Source: Candidatus Beckwithbacteria bacterium GW2011_GWC1_49_16
GTDB taxonomy: Bacteria > Patescibacteriota > Microgenomatia > UBA1400 > CG1-02-47-37
DNA length: 64,000 nt
Assembly: GCA_001029675.1 (NCBI GenBank)
Contig: CP011210.1
Coordinates: forward strand, 517,663-581,662
Direction of reading: 5' to 3'
A program made the position numbers and the translations under genes. The notes under the pieces were generated by a model. The model ran no database searches. It was not told the origin of the DNA and saw nothing but the letters and a program-made list of their open reading frames with translations. Of this stretch, positions 63,476-64,000 are shown one piece after another; positions within the stretch are counted from its first letter, which is position 1, and the number at the start of each line of letters is the position of its first letter.

Positions 63476-64000
63476 TTAAAACCTCGACAACTTTTTTGCC
63501 TGACTGCCGCCAGTCAAAGTCAAAAGCGCGTTTCTTGGCCTGAACTAGCCTCCGGCTTAAAACTTCTTGCGGCAAGAACAACGCCTCTATTATACCCTGT
63601 CTCACTTGTTTTGCCTTAAAAGGCGGCCTGATGTAACTGCCGGCGTCTTGAACAATCTCGGTTAGACTTGAGTTTTTGGCGACTAAAACCGGAGTGCCGG
63701 CGGCCATGGCTTGGACTACGGGGATGCCGAAACCTTCGTAGAGTGAGGGGTAGATAAATAGTTTGGCTCCTTTGATTAGCGCCGGGACGTCGGCGGCGGG
63801 CAAGTAGCCGGTAAAAATCACTTTGTGACTAAGTTTGAGAGTTTTGACCGTTTTGAATAAGTCGCGGTAGAGCCAACCCTTTTTGCCGGCGATGACGAGT
63901 TGCAATCCCTTAAGGTCGGACCTTCTTTCCAAAAGGTCCGACCTTTTTGAAAAAGCCTTGATAAGGGCGAGCAAGTTTTTCCGCGGCTGAAGAGTACCCA
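63459..64000 (-). CDS. glycosyltransferase family 4 (C-terminal part; 5' end beyond window)
   Basis: 'EGFGIPVVQAMAAGTPVLVA' motif. The frame stays open to the window edge. Confidence 0.65.
   Translation of the reverse strand, partial: GTLQPRKNLLALIKAFSKRSDLLERRSDLKGLQLVIAGKKGWLYRDLFKTVKTLKLSHKVIFTGYLPAADVPALIKGAKLFIYPSLYEGFGIPVVQAMAAGTPVLVAKNSSLTEIVQDAGSYIRPPFKAKQVRQGIIEALFLPQEVLSRRLVQAKKRAFDFDWRQSGKKVVEVLNEFSL

Noticed and set aside
1-64000. CRISPR arrays, rRNA genes, transposase/integrase genes, prophage structural genes
   Set aside because: None found. No array of regularly spaced identical 25-40-bp repeats, no rRNA-like conserved stretches, and no ORF with transposase (DDE) or tyrosine-recombinase motifs. 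The only mobility signature is the hydrolase-derived direct repeat flanking the racemase-Ldh_2 pair.

Overview
This 64-kb window is a compact, gene-dense bacterial chromosomal segment of about 50% GC with frequent ATGA start/stop overlaps. It is dominated by one very long minus-strand division/cell-wall (dcw) super-operon running from mraZ (~41.7 kb) down to ftsZ (~8.5 kb): mraZ-rsmH-ftsL-ftsI(PBP)-[two giant FG-GAP surface proteins]-murE-glmU-like-murC-murB-murA-glmS ... HAD - YvcK-like - a/b hydrolase - murF - FemAB - mraY - PP-loop protein - murD - ftsW - murG - ftsQ - ftsA - ftsZ. Upstream of it lie ileS, a RodA-like SEDS gene, rplU-rpmA, parB, lepB and a tRNA-Val. Downstream (42-51 kb) is a more mosaic stretch: an Asp/Glu-racemase plus Ldh_2 dehydrogenase pair flanked by direct repeats derived from a serine-hydrolase 3' end, tandem YdeN-like hydrolase paralogs, a Gp49(HigB)-like/XRE toxin-antitoxin pair, glyQS, two oxidoreductases and recO. 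From 51 kb to the window end there is a surface-glycopolymer biosynthesis locus (phosphoglycosyl transferase, NDP-sugar pyrophosphorylase, GT2/GT4/GT-C glycosyltransferases, O-antigen-ligase-like polymerase, LbH acetyltransferase). The gene content and compaction are consistent with a small-genome Patescibacteria/CPR-like or related bacterium; this is an inference. The most unusual features are: (i) two tandem ~1000-aa FG-GAP/integrin-like surface proteins embedded inside the dcw operon; (ii) a PP-loop ATP-pyrophosphatase-like gene wedged between mraY and murD (candidate MurL-like function, hypothesis only); (iii) several small, AT-richer hypothetical genes with no recognisable domains, some on the opposite strand with their own extended -10 promoters, inserted into otherwise conserved operons; (iv) a MurF with an N-terminal triple-TM region; (v) a repeated GTGAAAA motif array at the mraZ promoter. 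No CRISPR array, rRNA or obvious mobile-element gene was seen.
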